This document shows, piece after piece, positions 9,492-21,687 of a stretch of 64,000 bases of DNA. The notes beneath the pieces were generated by a model. The model made no database searches. It worked only from the letters and a program-made list of their open reading frames with translations, and was not told where the DNA came from. The translations under genes and the position numbers were made by a program. Origin of the DNA: a bacterium (GTDB lineage: Bacteria > SZUA-182 > DTGQ01 > JAFGSM01); the NCBI GenBank assembly GCA_049472315.1, contig JBLIRN010000009.1:1-64000 (forward strand), written 5' to 3'. How positions within the stretch are numbered: position 1 is the first letter of the stretch; each line of letters begins with the position of its first letter.

Positions 9492-9824
9492 ATGCAAATG
9501 CTCAAAATGATCCTGTTTATTCTCCTGGTTATATTGGCGGTAACCTTCATCCTTCAGAATCAATGGATCATCCAAGAGAGATACTCCATACGTTATTTTT
9601 TGTATGAAACCAGTCCGATATCCCTCTACCTCATCCTGCTGGTCGATTTCTTCTTCGGGATATTCCTGTGCGCCTGCTGCTATCTGGTGAAGCATGCTCA
9701 GCTCAAGCGCGTCCTCCAGCAGCACAGGAAAAGGATCGCACAGATGGAGGAGGAACTGGTTTCACTGCGCAACCTTCCTATTACCGAGGACCAGGAAGAA
9801 ACCGCCACGACAGAAACCGCCTGA
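9492..9824 (+). CDS. lapA: LPS assembly protein LapA-like
   Basis: Two TM helices, conserved QN, C-terminal coiled coil ending LRNLP; GGAG RBS; precedes lapB. Confidence 0.7.
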   Translation: MQMLKMILFILLVILAVTFILQNQWIIQERYSIRYFLYETSPISLYLILLVDFFFGIFLCACCYLVKHAQLKRVLQQHRKRIAQMEEELVSLRNLPITEDQEETATTETA

Positions 9825-9825
9825 T

Positions 9826-10998
9826 ATGAACGGAAACATGGTAACAATTCTCACTGCAGCCATTGCCTTTATCATCGGCATAGCGCTGGGACACTACCTT
9901 TTGCCTTCCGCCAAGGTCTCAGACTCTCACTACAATCAGGAGCCGGAAAAGGGTGCATACATCAAGGGGCTCAAATACATCATTTCAAACGAGCCGGACA
10001 AGGCCATTGCGGAGTTTACCAAGGCGGTCAAGATAAACACCAATACGGTGGAGATATATATCAACCTGGGAAACCTGTTCAGGGAAAAGGGGGAAATCGA
10101 GCGGGCGATACGCATACATCAGAGCATCCTGCTGAGACCTAATCTCAAGCCGGATATCAAGGAATCCGCCCTCATGGACCTTGGTCTGGACTTTTCCGCC
10201 GCCGGCTTCTTTGACCGCGCGATTGCAACGTTCCAGCAGCTCATCTCCCTTCATCCCAAAAACATGCAGGCGCACCGGGAGCTCGTAAAGCTGTACGAAG
10301 AGGAAAAGGATTGGCAGAATGCCTTCGATGAGGCGAGCCTGGTCCAAAAGTTGACCAGAACCGATATGTCACCCCTTCTCGCGCACATCGTTACCGAGTT
10401 GGGAAAGGAGCTCTCCGCAAAGGGGGATGCCGGCCAGGCAAAAAAGGAGCTGAAGCGCGCAATCGGGCTCAATAAACGGTGCACGGAGGCGTACCTTGTC
10501 CTCGGCGATATCTATTTTGCGGAGGAAAAACTCGGCCAGGCGATTTCGACGTGGGAAGAGGTCATTCATAACGACCTGCCGTTCAGTTGTATGGTGTATG
10601 AACGGCTTGAAAAGGCCTACCTCAAACGGGGCGACTATGACCACATCGAAACGATCTATCGCGAGGTCATAGGCAAGAGGCCGGAGGATTACGCCACCCG
10701 TTTGATCCTTGCGGATTATTACCAAAAAAAGGGCTCGAGCAAGAAGGCGATTCAGGAGTTAAAGGAAGGCCTTCGATTTTCACTGGGTCAATCGAGCATA
10801 CGCCAGAAATTGGGCGAGATCCTCTTGAAGGAAAACTTGGAGCGGGAGGCCATTGCCGAATACAGGGGCATCATCGAAGAGATGCGCGAGCAGAAGGGCC
10901 TTTTCCGCTGCGGCAAATGCGGCTACAAGACCGCTGAAATCATTTGGAAGTGCCCACAATGCAAGGAGTGGGACACGTTTGTCACTGAAGATTCCTGA
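9826..10998 (+). CDS. lapB: LPS assembly protein LapB (TPR plus rubredoxin Zn finger)
   Basis: N-terminal TM, LGNLFREKGEIERAIRIHQ, CGKCG...WKCPQCKEWDT. Confidence 0.88.
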   Translation: MNGNMVTILTAAIAFIIGIALGHYLLPSAKVSDSHYNQEPEKGAYIKGLKYIISNEPDKAIAEFTKAVKINTNTVEIYINLGNLFREKGEIERAIRIHQSILLRPNLKPDIKESALMDLGLDFSAAGFFDRAIATFQQLISLHPKNMQAHRELVKLYEEEKDWQNAFDEASLVQKLTRTDMSPLLAHIVTELGKELSAKGDAGQAKKELKRAIGLNKRCTEAYLVLGDIYFAEEKLGQAISTWEEVIHNDLPFSCMVYERLEKAYLKRGDYDHIETIYREVIGKRPEDYATRLILADYYQKKGSSKKAIQELKEGLRFSLGQSSIRQKLGEILLKENLEREAIAEYRGIIEEMREQKGLFRCGKCGYKTAEIIWKCPQCKEWDTFVTEDS

Positions 10999-13607
10999 TG
11001 GATTCCAAAGAAACCCCCTTGATGAGACAGTATGCCTCCATCAAGGCGGCATATCATGATTGTATCCTTTTCTTTCGCCTGGGTGACTTCTATGAGATGT
11101 TCGGCCAGGATGCCATAACTGCATCGAAGATCCTCAACATAACGCTCACCTCACGGGACAAGAAAAAGGATGATGCCATGCCCCTGTGCGGCGTTCCCTA
11201 TCACTCCGCCCAGATCTATATCAAGCGGCTCCTGGAAAGCGGTATGAAGGTTGCGGTCTGCGAGCAGCTCGAGGACCCGAAAAAGGCAAAGGGAATCGTA
11301 AAACGGGATGTCGTCCGCCTGATCACACCGGGGACCGTGCTGGAGTCGGATCTGCTCAATGAAAGGGAGAACAGCTTTCTCGCCTCCGTGTTCCCGTGCG
11401 ACCAGGGGCTGGGTATGGCCTTTCTTGACCTCACCACCGGGGGGTTCCGCACCACCGAGCAGATCGGCCCCGATTACCTCCCCCGTTTGCAAGGGGAGTT
11501 GAACAGGTTGGAGCCAAAGGAGATCCTGCTTCCCCACAATACCGGCGATTCGGCTGTGCAGGAGGTCCTGCGCACCTTTTCTCGTCATCTCTCCTTGATC
11601 GACCCCATCGACATCGAGAAATCCGTCGATATATTGAAGGAATTCTTCTCCATCGGGCAGATCGAGGTCCTCGGCCTGAATGACCGGCCGTATGCCTGCA
11701 TCGCATCGGCGGGCTTGATTCTCTATCTGCAGCACACACAAAAGAAGGCGTTGAGTCACATCCGCCCTCCGCTCTTCTATGACACCAGTGAACACATGAT
11801 GCTGGATCAGGCCACCCTTACCAATCTCGAACTGGTAAAAAACATTGAGGGTGGGACACGGGAGGGGACCCTCCTGCATGTTCTGGATGAGACCGTCACG
11901 GCCATGGGGGCACGATGTCTGAAGGATTGGGTCCTTCATCCCTTGATCACGCATGCCGCCATCAACGACCGGCTTGACGGGGTACAGGAATTAATGAACC
12001 GCCATGATGCACGTGAACGGATAAAGGGGCTTTTAAAGGGGTTGTACGATCTGGAGCGAATCTGCGGTAGGATTGCCGTGGGAATGGCCACCCCGCAGAA
12101 CCTGCTCGCCGTGAAGGCGTCGATTCCACCGGTCCGGGAGATACGCAACCAGGCGGGCTGTCTCACGGCAGCGCTGTTGAGGAGGCTCACCGACCAATGC
12201 CATCCGCTCCGGGAGGTATACGATGCGATCGACTCCGTACTTGCAGATGCCCCGCCGTCGTCGGCAATCAAGACGGGACTCATAAAGAGGGGGGTGAATG
12301 ACGAGCTGGACCGGCTTTACGATATCACCCTGCATGGAAAGAAGTGGATTGCCGGTCTGGAGTCAAAGGAACGCGTGCGGACGGGTATCTCGTCGCTCAA
12401 GATCGGTTACAATAAGGTATTCGGATATTACATCGAGGTAACCAAGGCGAATCTCCCCCATGTGCCAGCGGATTATATCCGCAAACAGACCCTGGTAAAC
12501 GGCGAGCGGTTCATCACAGAGGAGCTGAAACGATTCGAAGGCGAGGTGCTGGGCGCCGAGGAACGGATCCTCAAGCTGGAGCGGGAGATCTATGATGCCC
12601 TCCTGGCATCCCTCATCCCTCATATCCCCGCCATACAGGAAACCTCCATGGCCCTGGCCCAATTGGATTGTCTCATCAGCCTCGCGGAGGTGGCGGCACG
12701 GCAAAATTATACAAGACCGCATATCGACCTCTCCCTGACCCTGGAAATCACCCAGGGAAGGCACCCGGTCCTGGAGTCCAGGGGCAATGAGCGTCCCTTT
12801 GTGCCGAACGATACCCGCATGGACTGCGATGTTCGTCAGCTCATTATCCTCACTGGCCCGAACATGGCCGGAAAATCGACCTACATGCGGCAGGTAGCGC
12901 TCATCGTGCTTATGGCCCAGATCGGTTCCTTTGTCCCAGCGCAGCGTGCCCGCCTGGGACTGGTGGATCGCATCTTCACCCGGGTTGGCGCCTCCGACCG
13001 CCTCTACAAGGGCCAGAGCACCTTCATGGTCGAAATGATCGAGACCGCCGGCATTCTCCACCAGGCCACCAGGAGAAGCCTGATCATCATGGACGAGATC
13101 GGAAGGGGGACCAGCACCTATGACGGGATCAGCATTGCATGGGCCGTTGCCGAATATATCCACAGCCATGAGGCCCTGGGTTCCCGGACGCTCTTCGCCA
13201 CGCACTATCACGAATTGACCGAACTGCCCAATTATCTCCCTCGTGCGCGAAACTATACCATCCTGGTGCACGAGGAACGGGGAGAGGTGGTCTTTCTCTA
13301 CCAGGTCATAGAGGGATGCAGCGATCGAAGCTACGGGGTGCATGTGGCCAAGCTGGCAAGTCTGCCCATGGAGGTTATAAAACGGGCATGGCAAATCATG
13401 GAGGGGATGGAGGATACCAAGGGCATCGAGTTCTCCCGTTCAAAGCCGATCATCCGCGAGAAGGTCCGGTGCCGTCCGGTTCAGCTCACCCTTTTCAGCG
13501 ACCCTGCGGCACATATCCTCCAGGAGTTGAGGGATCTCGACCAGACGAGGCTTTCCCCGCTGAATGCACTGAAGAAGCTCAAGGAATGGAAGCAGATCCT
13601 CTCCTAA
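10998..13607 (+). CDS. mutS: DNA mismatch repair protein MutS
   Basis: TPLMRQY, FRLGDFYEMF, TGPNMAGKSTYMRQ, DEIGRGTST, C-terminal clamp-binding QLTLF. Confidence 0.97.
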   Translation: MDSKETPLMRQYASIKAAYHDCILFFRLGDFYEMFGQDAITASKILNITLTSRDKKKDDAMPLCGVPYHSAQIYIKRLLESGMKVAVCEQLEDPKKAKGIVKRDVVRLITPGTVLESDLLNERENSFLASVFPCDQGLGMAFLDLTTGGFRTTEQIGPDYLPRLQGELNRLEPKEILLPHNTGDSAVQEVLRTFSRHLSLIDPIDIEKSVDILKEFFSIGQIEVLGLNDRPYACIASAGLILYLQHTQKKALSHIRPPLFYDTSEHMMLDQATLTNLELVKNIEGGTREGTLLHVLDETVTAMGARCLKDWVLHPLITHAAINDRLDGVQELMNRHDARERIKGLLKGLYDLERICGRIAVGMATPQNLLAVKASIPPVREIRNQAGCLTAALLRRLTDQCHPLREVYDAIDSVLADAPPSSAIKTGLIKRGVNDELDRLYDITLHGKKWIAGLESKERVRTGISSLKIGYNKVFGYYIEVTKANLPHVPADYIRKQTLVNGERFITEELKRFEGEVLGAEERILKLEREIYDALLASLIPHIPAIQETSMALAQLDCLISLAEVAARQNYTRPHIDLSLTLEITQGRHPVLESRGNERPFVPNDTRMDCDVRQLIILTGPNMAGKSTYMRQVALIVLMAQIGSFVPAQRARLGLVDRIFTRVGASDRLYKGQSTFMVEMIETAGILHQATRRSLIIMDEIGRGTSTYDGISIAWAVAEYIHSHEALGSRTLFATHYHELTELPNYLPRARNYTILVHEERGEVVFLYQVIEGCSDRSYGVHVAKLASLPMEVIKRAWQIMEGMEDTKGIEFSRSKPIIREKVRCRPVQLTLFSDPAAHILQELRDLDQTRLSPLNALKKLKEWKQILS

Positions 13608-14569
13608 TGGAAGATCTTTTTGCCCAGGATGGTCATCATCACCCAGAACATGAGATTCCCGATGAGCACCTCGGTGATGACCAGGCACATGCCGAAGCTG
13701 GTCTGCGGAAGGATATCGCCGAATCCCAGGGTGGTGAAGGTCACCACGCTGAAATAGAATCGCTCTATGATCCGGCTGAAGCCGGTGAGCCCTCGATCCG
13801 TCTCCAGGTAGGTAAAATAATAGAAGCATGTATAAAAACTGATCACGAAAAGACACCAGACGATCCATCGGACCACGCTGGTCCCATAATTGCTGGTGAG
13901 TCCCCAGAACCAGTACCAAAGCTTCTGGAATGTACTGGTGCTGATCTTTGCCTTCCACTTGGTATGTTCGATGGTCAGCCGGCTGTATTCGCGGGCGAAG
14001 TCCCGCTCCTCCAGCATCCGGATTATCTTTTTGTATTTCACATCTATAAGATGATGACTCAGCTTGCCGGCCTCTTCGTCTTGGGTGAATTGGCTGGTTT
14101 GACTATCGCTGCGGATCATTTTGAACTGCCTGATCCCCATAACGAAGGCCTCTCGGTGAAAATAGATATCCTCGGGATTGTTGAGATAGCATTCCACTGC
14201 CCTGCAGTATTCGAGCCCGGCGAGCTCGTGCCAATTCTCGCCTTTTATCTCGTTTTCGGCACACGCAGCAAAGCACTCCGCGGACATGAAGTGAAGATTT
14301 CCCGCCTTCTCCCATTTGTTCCTGAAAATGGATTCGTTCTGCCCCTCGTACCAGTTTGCAAGATTGTGAAACTGTTTTCCTGAGGTCTCAAAGTGACGGA
14401 GGAGCATTTCCTTTCTGGCATGGTCCTCAAGGTCGCGTACCTGCTCAGGAATAACAGGATCGAGATCCGGACTCATGTAGCCTTCCAGTACTATCTTGTT
14501 CTCCTTGCAGGAAGGCCGGTCCATTGATTCCGTAGGTGACTCCTGTGTGGTGGGTAGTGTGGTCGCCAT
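13604..14569 (-). CDS. 2TM/1P potassium-channel-family protein (Ion_trans_2) with large N-terminal soluble domain; start uncertain (14569-14596)
   Basis: Pore motif FYFSVVTFTTLGFGD between hydrophobic helices; NYGTS motif upstream. Confidence 0.75.
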   Translation of the reverse strand: MATTLPTTQESPTESMDRPSCKENKIVLEGYMSPDLDPVIPEQVRDLEDHARKEMLLRHFETSGKQFHNLANWYEGQNESIFRNKWEKAGNLHFMSAECFAACAENEIKGENWHELAGLEYCRAVECYLNNPEDIYFHREAFVMGIRQFKMIRSDSQTSQFTQDEEAGKLSHHLIDVKYKKIIRMLEERDFAREYSRLTIEHTKWKAKISTSTFQKLWYWFWGLTSNYGTSVVRWIVWCLFVISFYTCFYYFTYLETDRGLTGFSRIIERFYFSVVTFTTLGFGDILPQTSFGMCLVITEVLIGNLMFWVMMTILGKKIFH

Positions 14570-14837
14570 TACGCAGCCCTTTTTATTCATGTCCATATAT
14601 TTATCGGCCTATTTCAGGAAAATGGTTTGCCATTCTCCTTACGTATGTTATGAGGAAAACCATTTCACTCACGGGAAAAAATAGAATGCACAATCCATGC
14701 CAGGAGAGATCGATCAGGAGAGGGGATCCGGGCGGGGCATCCCGTTGACGCTTTGGAGGGGCGTAGATTGCCCTTTCATTAACTTCCCAACAAGTTCAGG
14801 GAAAGGAAGCCTCATAAGACTAGAGCACCCGTCATCT

Positions 14838-15809
14838 TTAGGTCCAGTAATCAAGACCCACGTTGTGGCGGGCCTTGGAAAGAAATTCACTTCCTATTTC
14901 ACGTGCCTTCGTGGCGCCCTGGGTGAGAATCGAGTGAACCGCGTCTCGATCCTTTACCAGCTCGTCACGCCGCTTCCGGTACGGGGAAAAATACTCCCAG
15001 ATGAGGGAGAACAATTCCTTTTTTACATCGCTGTATTTCAATCCGGGTGTCAGGTAGCGATCCCTGAGTTGTTCCCTCTGCTTCTCATCCACGAAGAGTG
15101 AGTATACGGCGAACAGGATGCACGTGTCGGGGTTCTTCGGGGCCATGACCGGTGTTGAATCCGTCTTGATGCACATCACGCGTTCCCGCAGCTCCTCCTC
15201 GGTACAGAAGATCTTTATGGTATTGTCATAGGATTTCGACATCTTCTGGCCGTCGATGCCGGGAACGGTTGCCACCTCTTCGGGGATTTCCGGTTCGGGA
15301 ATGACAAAGGTCTCTCCATAGGTGGCATTAAAGCTGATGGCGATATCCCTGGTCATTTCCACGTGCTGCTTCTGGTCCTTGCCCACGGGTATCCGTTCTG
15401 CGCCGTACAGGAGTATGTCTGCGGCCATGAGCACGGGATATGAAAAGAGGCCGTGATTGGGCTTGATTCCGCGGGCCAGTTTGTCCTTGAAGGAATGCGC
15501 CCTCTCCAGGAGCCCCAGCCCGGTCACGTTCGAAAGGAGCCACGTCAGCTCCGTCACCTCCGGTACATCGGACTGCACCCAGAAGATGGCCCTATCGGGG
15601 TCTATCCCCAGGCTGAGAAAGTCGCACGCGGCCAGAAAGGTGTTCTCTCTGAGCAGGGCTGAGTCGAATACGGTGGTCAGGGCATGGTAGTTGACAATGA
15701 AGCAAAAAAGCTCGTGGTCCCTCTGATATTCGATCATCCTTCGCATCATTGCGAAATAGTTGCCGAGGTGTAAGGAGCCTGACGGTTGAATCCCTGAGAG
15801 AATGCGCAT
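14838..15809 (-). CDS. trpS: Tryptophan--tRNA ligase
   Basis: SGIQPSGSLHLGNY, YPVLMAADIL, VGKDQKQH, KMSKS. Confidence 0.96.
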   Translation of the reverse strand: MRILSGIQPSGSLHLGNYFAMMRRMIEYQRDHELFCFIVNYHALTTVFDSALLRENTFLAACDFLSLGIDPDRAIFWVQSDVPEVTELTWLLSNVTGLGLLERAHSFKDKLARGIKPNHGLFSYPVLMAADILLYGAERIPVGKDQKQHVEMTRDIAISFNATYGETFVIPEPEIPEEVATVPGIDGQKMSKSYDNTIKIFCTEEELRERVMCIKTDSTPVMAPKNPDTCILFAVYSLFVDEKQREQLRDRYLTPGLKYSDVKKELFSLIWEYFSPYRKRRDELVKDRDAVHSILTQGATKAREIGSEFLSKARHNVGLDYWT

Positions 15810-16137
15810 CGATTCCCCTTTCTTTACTGAATGAGCCTATTGCGACCGACGGCGTAAGGCCGTTGCCCGCATACGCGGCAGTGGTGCATATCAGGCAATG
15901 CGGGCAGGCATAGGCCTTTTCCTATCCAGCCATATGGCCGCGTGACGGAATATACGGCCAATTATACGGAACCGGGGGGCATGAATCAACCCGGTTCAAT
16001 AAGACATGCCGTTATCGCATAATGCCTTCCCCCATATCGGAGCAAACCCTCATGCCACTTCGTGCCGCCACAAAGCATGAAAATCTATTTTCAAGACAAC
16101 AAGAACTGATAATTCAAGACCTGACCCCAAGCCATCC

Positions 16138-16166
16138 TTGACAGTACGGATCAGGAGCACTATCCT
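16138..16166 (+). promoter_or_regulatory. sigma70 promoter for the F1 atp cluster
   Basis: TTGACA-N17-TATCCT about 100-140 nt before atpH. Confidence 0.6.
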
Positions 16167-16263
16167 GTAATGAGTCACGGGAGGACCCTTCCATAAGGGA
16201 AAGAAGGGCTCTGTGCGGCTGACGGAAACAATCAACACCTCTGTATCATCTCTATAAGGTATT

Positions 16264-18474
16264 ATGATCACACACGGACTCATGGATGACCTCTTTCTGT
16301 GCATGGGCTATAAGAATTATAAGACCTCGATGGCCTATTCACGGGCGCTTTTTCAATTCGCGCTGAAGGAAGGCATCCTCGATCCGATCAACACAAGCTT
16401 CCAGGACTTTCACCAGGTGTGGATGGACGTGCCCCTTCTCAGGCAATTCCTCCGATGCCAGGCCATTCAGCGTTATACCCGAAAGGGGCATCTGAGGAGG
16501 CTTTTCGGGGACAACCTCCACAAGAGCCTCGTGCATTTCATCGAGATGGTGATGGAAAGGGACCACAGCGACCTCATACCGAGCATCTACTACACATTCT
16601 GCTCCATGGCCGATGAGACCAGGAATGTGCGGAGGGTACGTGTTCTGTCCGCTGTCCCCTTCACCGCGTCACAGGAGGAAAGTCTTCGGACCACCCTCGA
16701 GCATTCTCTGAGGGCGGAGGTGCGCCTGGTCAACGAGGTGGATCCGGAGGTGCTGGCCGGTTTCGTGTGCTATACCGACTCCGTCAAGATCGACATGTCT
16801 TTGAAGAGGGAAATAGATACACTGAAATCCCGGATATTGGCCATTCCGAGCGACGGGAGGGAAAAGGATATGAAGGTGAATCTTTCTGAGCTTTCTCAGA
16901 TCATACAAAAAGAACTGGAGAGGTATGAATCGCAGCTTGAGGTGGACGAGGTCGGCACCGTGATGGAGGTCGGTGACGGCATCGCCCGCCTGAGCGGTCT
17001 GCAGAATGCCATGGCCGCGGAAATAGTGGAATTCGAGAACGGCATCCAGGGGATCGTGTTCAATCTCGAGCAGGAAGCGGTCGGCGTGGTGGTGCTCGGG
17101 AATTGCAGCACAATCAAGGAGGGGTTCCAGGTACGAAGGCTCCGGAAACTCCTCGCCGTTCCCGTCGGCGAAGGGCTCCTGGGCAGGGTCATCGACCCCC
17201 TCGGCAATCCGCTCGACGATATGGGGCCGATCCAATACAAGCAATACCGATACGCGGAGTCCAGGGCATCGGGGATATCTGAACGGCAGCCCATACACGT
17301 CCCCCTGCAGACCGGGATAAAGGCGATCGACGCCATGGTCCCCATTGGCAGGGGGCAGCGGGAGCTGATCATCGGCGACCGGAAGACTGGGAAGACCTCC
17401 ATTGCAATCGATGCCATCCTCAACCAGAGGGAATCCGGCGTCATCTGCGTGTACGTGGCCATCGGCCAGAAGACATCCACCATCGCCGGCGTGGTGCAGA
17501 AGCTCAGGGAGTACGGCGCCATGGACTACACGATCGTGGTCTCGGCAAGCGCAAGCAGCGACTTCCCCCTCCAGTACGTGGCCCCCTATGCGGGGTGTGC
17601 CATGGCGGAGTGGTTCATGTATGAAAAGGGGCGGGACACGCTCATCGTGTATGACGACCTTTCGAAGCATGCGGATGCATACCGGCAGCTCTCCCTGCTC
17701 CTGAACCGCCCCCCCGGACGTGAGGCATATCCGGGCGACGTTTTCTATCTCCACTCGAGGCTGCTCGAACGGGCGGCCAAGCTTTCCGACACCCTCGGCG
17801 GCGGCTCCATGACCGCGCTCCCCATCATCGAGACCCAGGAGGGGGAGGTCTCGGCGTACATCCCGACCAATGTCATCTCCATCACCGACGGCCAGATCTA
17901 CCTGCTGCCGAACCTCTTTGCCGCGGGCGTGCGCCCTGCCGTTGATGCGGGCATATCCGTGTCCCGTGTGGGAGGCAACGCCCAGACACCCGCCATGAAG
18001 GAGGTGGCGGGCAATCTCAGGCTCGAGATGGCCCAGTATCGTGAATTGCTCGCATTCGCCCAGCTCGGCACCAGTCTTGATCCCGCCACCCAGAGGCAGT
18101 TGAACCGCGGCGCGCGCCTGGTGGAGATCCTGAAGCAGTCGCAGTTCAGGCCCATGAAGGTGGAGGACCAGATAGCGATCCTGTATGCCGCGGCCAACGG
18201 ATACTGCGACGGGATCCCGGTCGAACGGATCAGGGATTTCGAGCGGGAGTTTCTCGACTATATCGACGGGGTATATCCCCATGTCATGCGGGGGATCAGG
18301 GAAACCGGAAGGATCGAGGACAAGGCCATGCTCTCCGAGATAGCGGAGGAGTATAGCCAGAAATTCATCAGGGATCATGCGATCGTCAGGGATGAGGACG
18401 AATTGACCGGGCTTGATGCATGCCGGGACCTGGACGTGCATCAGGGGCATGATAACATGGAGGAGGGGGAATAG
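16264..18474 (+). CDS. atpA: In-frame ATP synthase delta (AtpH) plus alpha (AtpA) fusion ORF; alpha moiety begins at ATG16870
   Basis: Residues about 14-200 are delta-like ([22 protein letters not shown]...IDMSLK). From MKVN it is alpha ([44 protein letters not shown]). No stop codon between them. Confidence 0.9.
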   Translation: MITHGLMDDLFLCMGYKNYKTSMAYSRALFQFALKEGILDPINTSFQDFHQVWMDVPLLRQFLRCQAIQRYTRKGHLRRLFGDNLHKSLVHFIEMVMERDHSDLIPSIYYTFCSMADETRNVRRVRVLSAVPFTASQEESLRTTLEHSLRAEVRLVNEVDPEVLAGFVCYTDSVKIDMSLKREIDTLKSRILAIPSDGREKDMKVNLSELSQIIQKELERYESQLEVDEVGTVMEVGDGIARLSGLQNAMAAEIVEFENGIQGIVFNLEQEAVGVVVLGNCSTIKEGFQVRRLRKLLAVPVGEGLLGRVIDPLGNPLDDMGPIQYKQYRYAESRASGISERQPIHVPLQTGIKAIDAMVPIGRGQRELIIGDRKTGKTSIAIDAILNQRESGVICVYVAIGQKTSTIAGVVQKLREYGAMDYTIVVSASASSDFPLQYVAPYAGCAMAEWFMYEKGRDTLIVYDDLSKHADAYRQLSLLLNRPPGREAYPGDVFYLHSRLLERAAKLSDTLGGGSMTALPIIETQEGEVSAYIPTNVISITDGQIYLLPNLFAAGVRPAVDAGISVSRVGGNAQTPAMKEVAGNLRLEMAQYRELLAFAQLGTSLDPATQRQLNRGARLVEILKQSQFRPMKVEDQIAILYAAANGYCDGIPVERIRDFEREFLDYIDGVYPHVMRGIRETGRIEDKAMLSEIAEEYSQKFIRDHAIVRDEDELTGLDACRDLDVHQGHDNMEEGE

Positions 18475-18476
18475 AC

Positions 18477-19376
18477 ATGCCCCACCTGCGCGACATCAGA
18501 AAGCGGATAGAGGCTGCACGCAATATCCGGAAGATCACCCAGACCATGGAGAGGATCTCCTCGGTCAGGGTGATGCGCGAAAACCGCAGGCTTGAAAGCA
18601 CCAGGGAGTATTCCACGGCCCTCAGGGACATGGCCGCGGACCTCTTTTATACGGCCATGCAGTCGGGTGACGGCATCAGGGATCTCTGCCTCCTTCATGA
18701 CAGGGATGAGGCCCGCGCAACGGCACTCATCGTGGTGGCAAGCAATCAGGGGATGTGCGGGGGATTCAACAACCGTCTCCTGGAGGCGGCGGACAGGGTC
18801 TATGCCCAATACGCAGGCAAGGGTCATATCCCCCTGATCTTCGCGGTGGGGAAAAAGGCGATCGAGCATTTCAAAAACAGGGGAATCCCCATCCATTTTT
18901 CCACCGAGCAGCTTTCGGAAAGGCTGGACTACGAGGACATCGCCCCGCTCGTTGAGACCCTGACCCGCTCCATGGAAGCGGGGGAGCTTGACGAGGTGCT
19001 CCTTATCTACACCCATCTTGAATCCTCGTCGGTAAGGCATCCGGTGGTGGAGGTGCTCCTGCCCTGCAGCAAATTTCTCGAGGGACTCCAGTCCCCGGAC
19101 AGGCGGAGGCATACCCTGTTCGAGTGCGAGCCGAATGTGCGCGGGATGATCGGCGCCCTCCTGCCGGAGGTCATCAACAACCGGATGTTCCAGGCGCTCC
19201 TGGAGAGCGTGGTGGCGGAGCACATAAGCCGAAGGGTCGCAATGCAGCAGGCCTCCACGGCGGCGCACGATATGATCATCCAGATGGGGAATCTGTACCA
19301 GAAGACACGCAAGGCAAAGATCACGGCGGAGCTCAACGAGATCATGAGCACCATCATGGCATTGCAGCGGGAATAA
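18477..19376 (+). CDS. atpG: ATP synthase F1 gamma
   Basis: IRKITQTM, GMCGGFN, EHISRRVAM, RKAKITAELNEI. Confidence 0.93.
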   Translation: MPHLRDIRKRIEAARNIRKITQTMERISSVRVMRENRRLESTREYSTALRDMAADLFYTAMQSGDGIRDLCLLHDRDEARATALIVVASNQGMCGGFNNRLLEAADRVYAQYAGKGHIPLIFAVGKKAIEHFKNRGIPIHFSTEQLSERLDYEDIAPLVETLTRSMEAGELDEVLLIYTHLESSSVRHPVVEVLLPCSKFLEGLQSPDRRRHTLFECEPNVRGMIGALLPEVINNRMFQALLESVVAEHISRRVAMQQASTAAHDMIIQMGNLYQKTRKAKITAELNEIMSTIMALQRE

Positions 19377-20801
<1,425 letters not shown>

Positions 20802-20804
20802 TCC

Positions 20805-21095
20805 GTGGAAAATCCCAAAAACATAACGCTCCGGATCATCTCACCGGAAAGGGTCATATACCAGGGGGCGATCAACCATATCGTTCTCCCCGCGGCTGAC
20901 GGCGAGATCGGGATATTTCAGCACCATTCCCCGTACATGACCTATCTGAAGCCCGGCACGCTGCAGATATTCATGCCGGACGGGCGCGTCCTCCCGCTCG
21001 ATATCTCAAGCGGCCTGGTGGAGTTCAAGGAGGACCGCCTCACCATTCTCACCAGGGACCGGATCGACGCGCACGAGTGCCTGTCGGCAGGATAA
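20805..21095 (+). CDS. atpC: ATP synthase F1 epsilon, N-terminal beta-sandwich only
   Basis: IISPER, LPAADGEIGIFQHHSP, LKPG, ISSGLVE; ends at 96 aa. Confidence 0.88.
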   Translation: MENPKNITLRIISPERVIYQGAINHIVLPAADGEIGIFQHHSPYMTYLKPGTLQIFMPDGRVLPLDISSGLVEFKEDRLTILTRDRIDAHECLSAG

Positions 21096-21163
21096 CATTT
21101 GCTTGAAAAATCTTTGAGATAAGGGCCAGGATCTATAAGTTGTTTTTAAGGATTCGACTCTAT

Positions 21164-21451
21164 TTATAGTAAACGCCTTTTGAGAATCGTGTAAAGGTTT
21201 TCTCTTTTCCCTATCATCAATATGAAGACGGTTTTTTCTTTTTGATCAACCACATAGCAAATCCTATAATCGACATTGTTCTTTCTGAAGTGGTGTGAAT
21301 AGATTCCGGTAAATTCACCGGAGAGACTGTAACCTGAGGATGGGTCCTGCAATATTTTAGGGATCTGAAAATTTTTTATCTCTGATACCACTGGCTTATC
21401 TAACTGTTTTAAATCCTTTTTTACCCCCGGATGATATTCATCCTTATACAT
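21164..21451 (-). CDS. RelE/StbE/ParE-superfamily toxin
   Basis: 95 aa basic protein; KKDLKQLD, LSGEFTGIY, DYRICYVV...VFILMIGKRENLY; overlaps the upstream small gene. Confidence 0.8.
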   Translation of the reverse strand: MYKDEYHPGVKKDLKQLDKPVVSEIKNFQIPKILQDPSSGYSLSGEFTGIYSHHFRKNNVDYRICYVVDQKEKTVFILMIGKRENLYTILKRRLL

Positions 21452-21626
21452 CAAAAACCTCTTCACGAGAAAGGGTTTTCACGGTCTTATTCTCTATTTC
21501 CTTTTTTCGCTTCGAGAGTTCCTCGCCCGCATCACTTAATAGTAAGGATAAGGTCTCTAAATCCCTTTTTTCAAGTTTCTTAATTGTCTCTGCGAGGTTT
21601 TCTATGCTGATATTAATCTTAGGCAT
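21444..21626 (-). CDS. Putative cognate antitoxin (60 aa)
   Basis: GGAG RBS, MPKINISIENLAE...LSREEVFDV, 8-nt overlap with toxin start. Confidence 0.7.
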   Translation of the reverse strand: MPKINISIENLAETIKKLEKRDLETLSLLLSDAGEELSKRKKEIENKTVKTLSREEVFDV

Positions 21627-21687
21627 TATGTTTCTCCATGCAAAAAACTTTTGATAGAGGCTGAACATCCTTTCCATTTTACATTAA

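Noticed and set aside
16669..18450. 593-aa antisense ORF over atpA, and similar long shadow ORFs (486-1373, 12363-13394, 18441-19397, 49798-50775, 53006-54286, 57236-58186, 62997-63965)
   Set aside because: They mirror conserved genes on the opposite strand, have no recognisable motifs, and are expected in GC-rich coding DNA.
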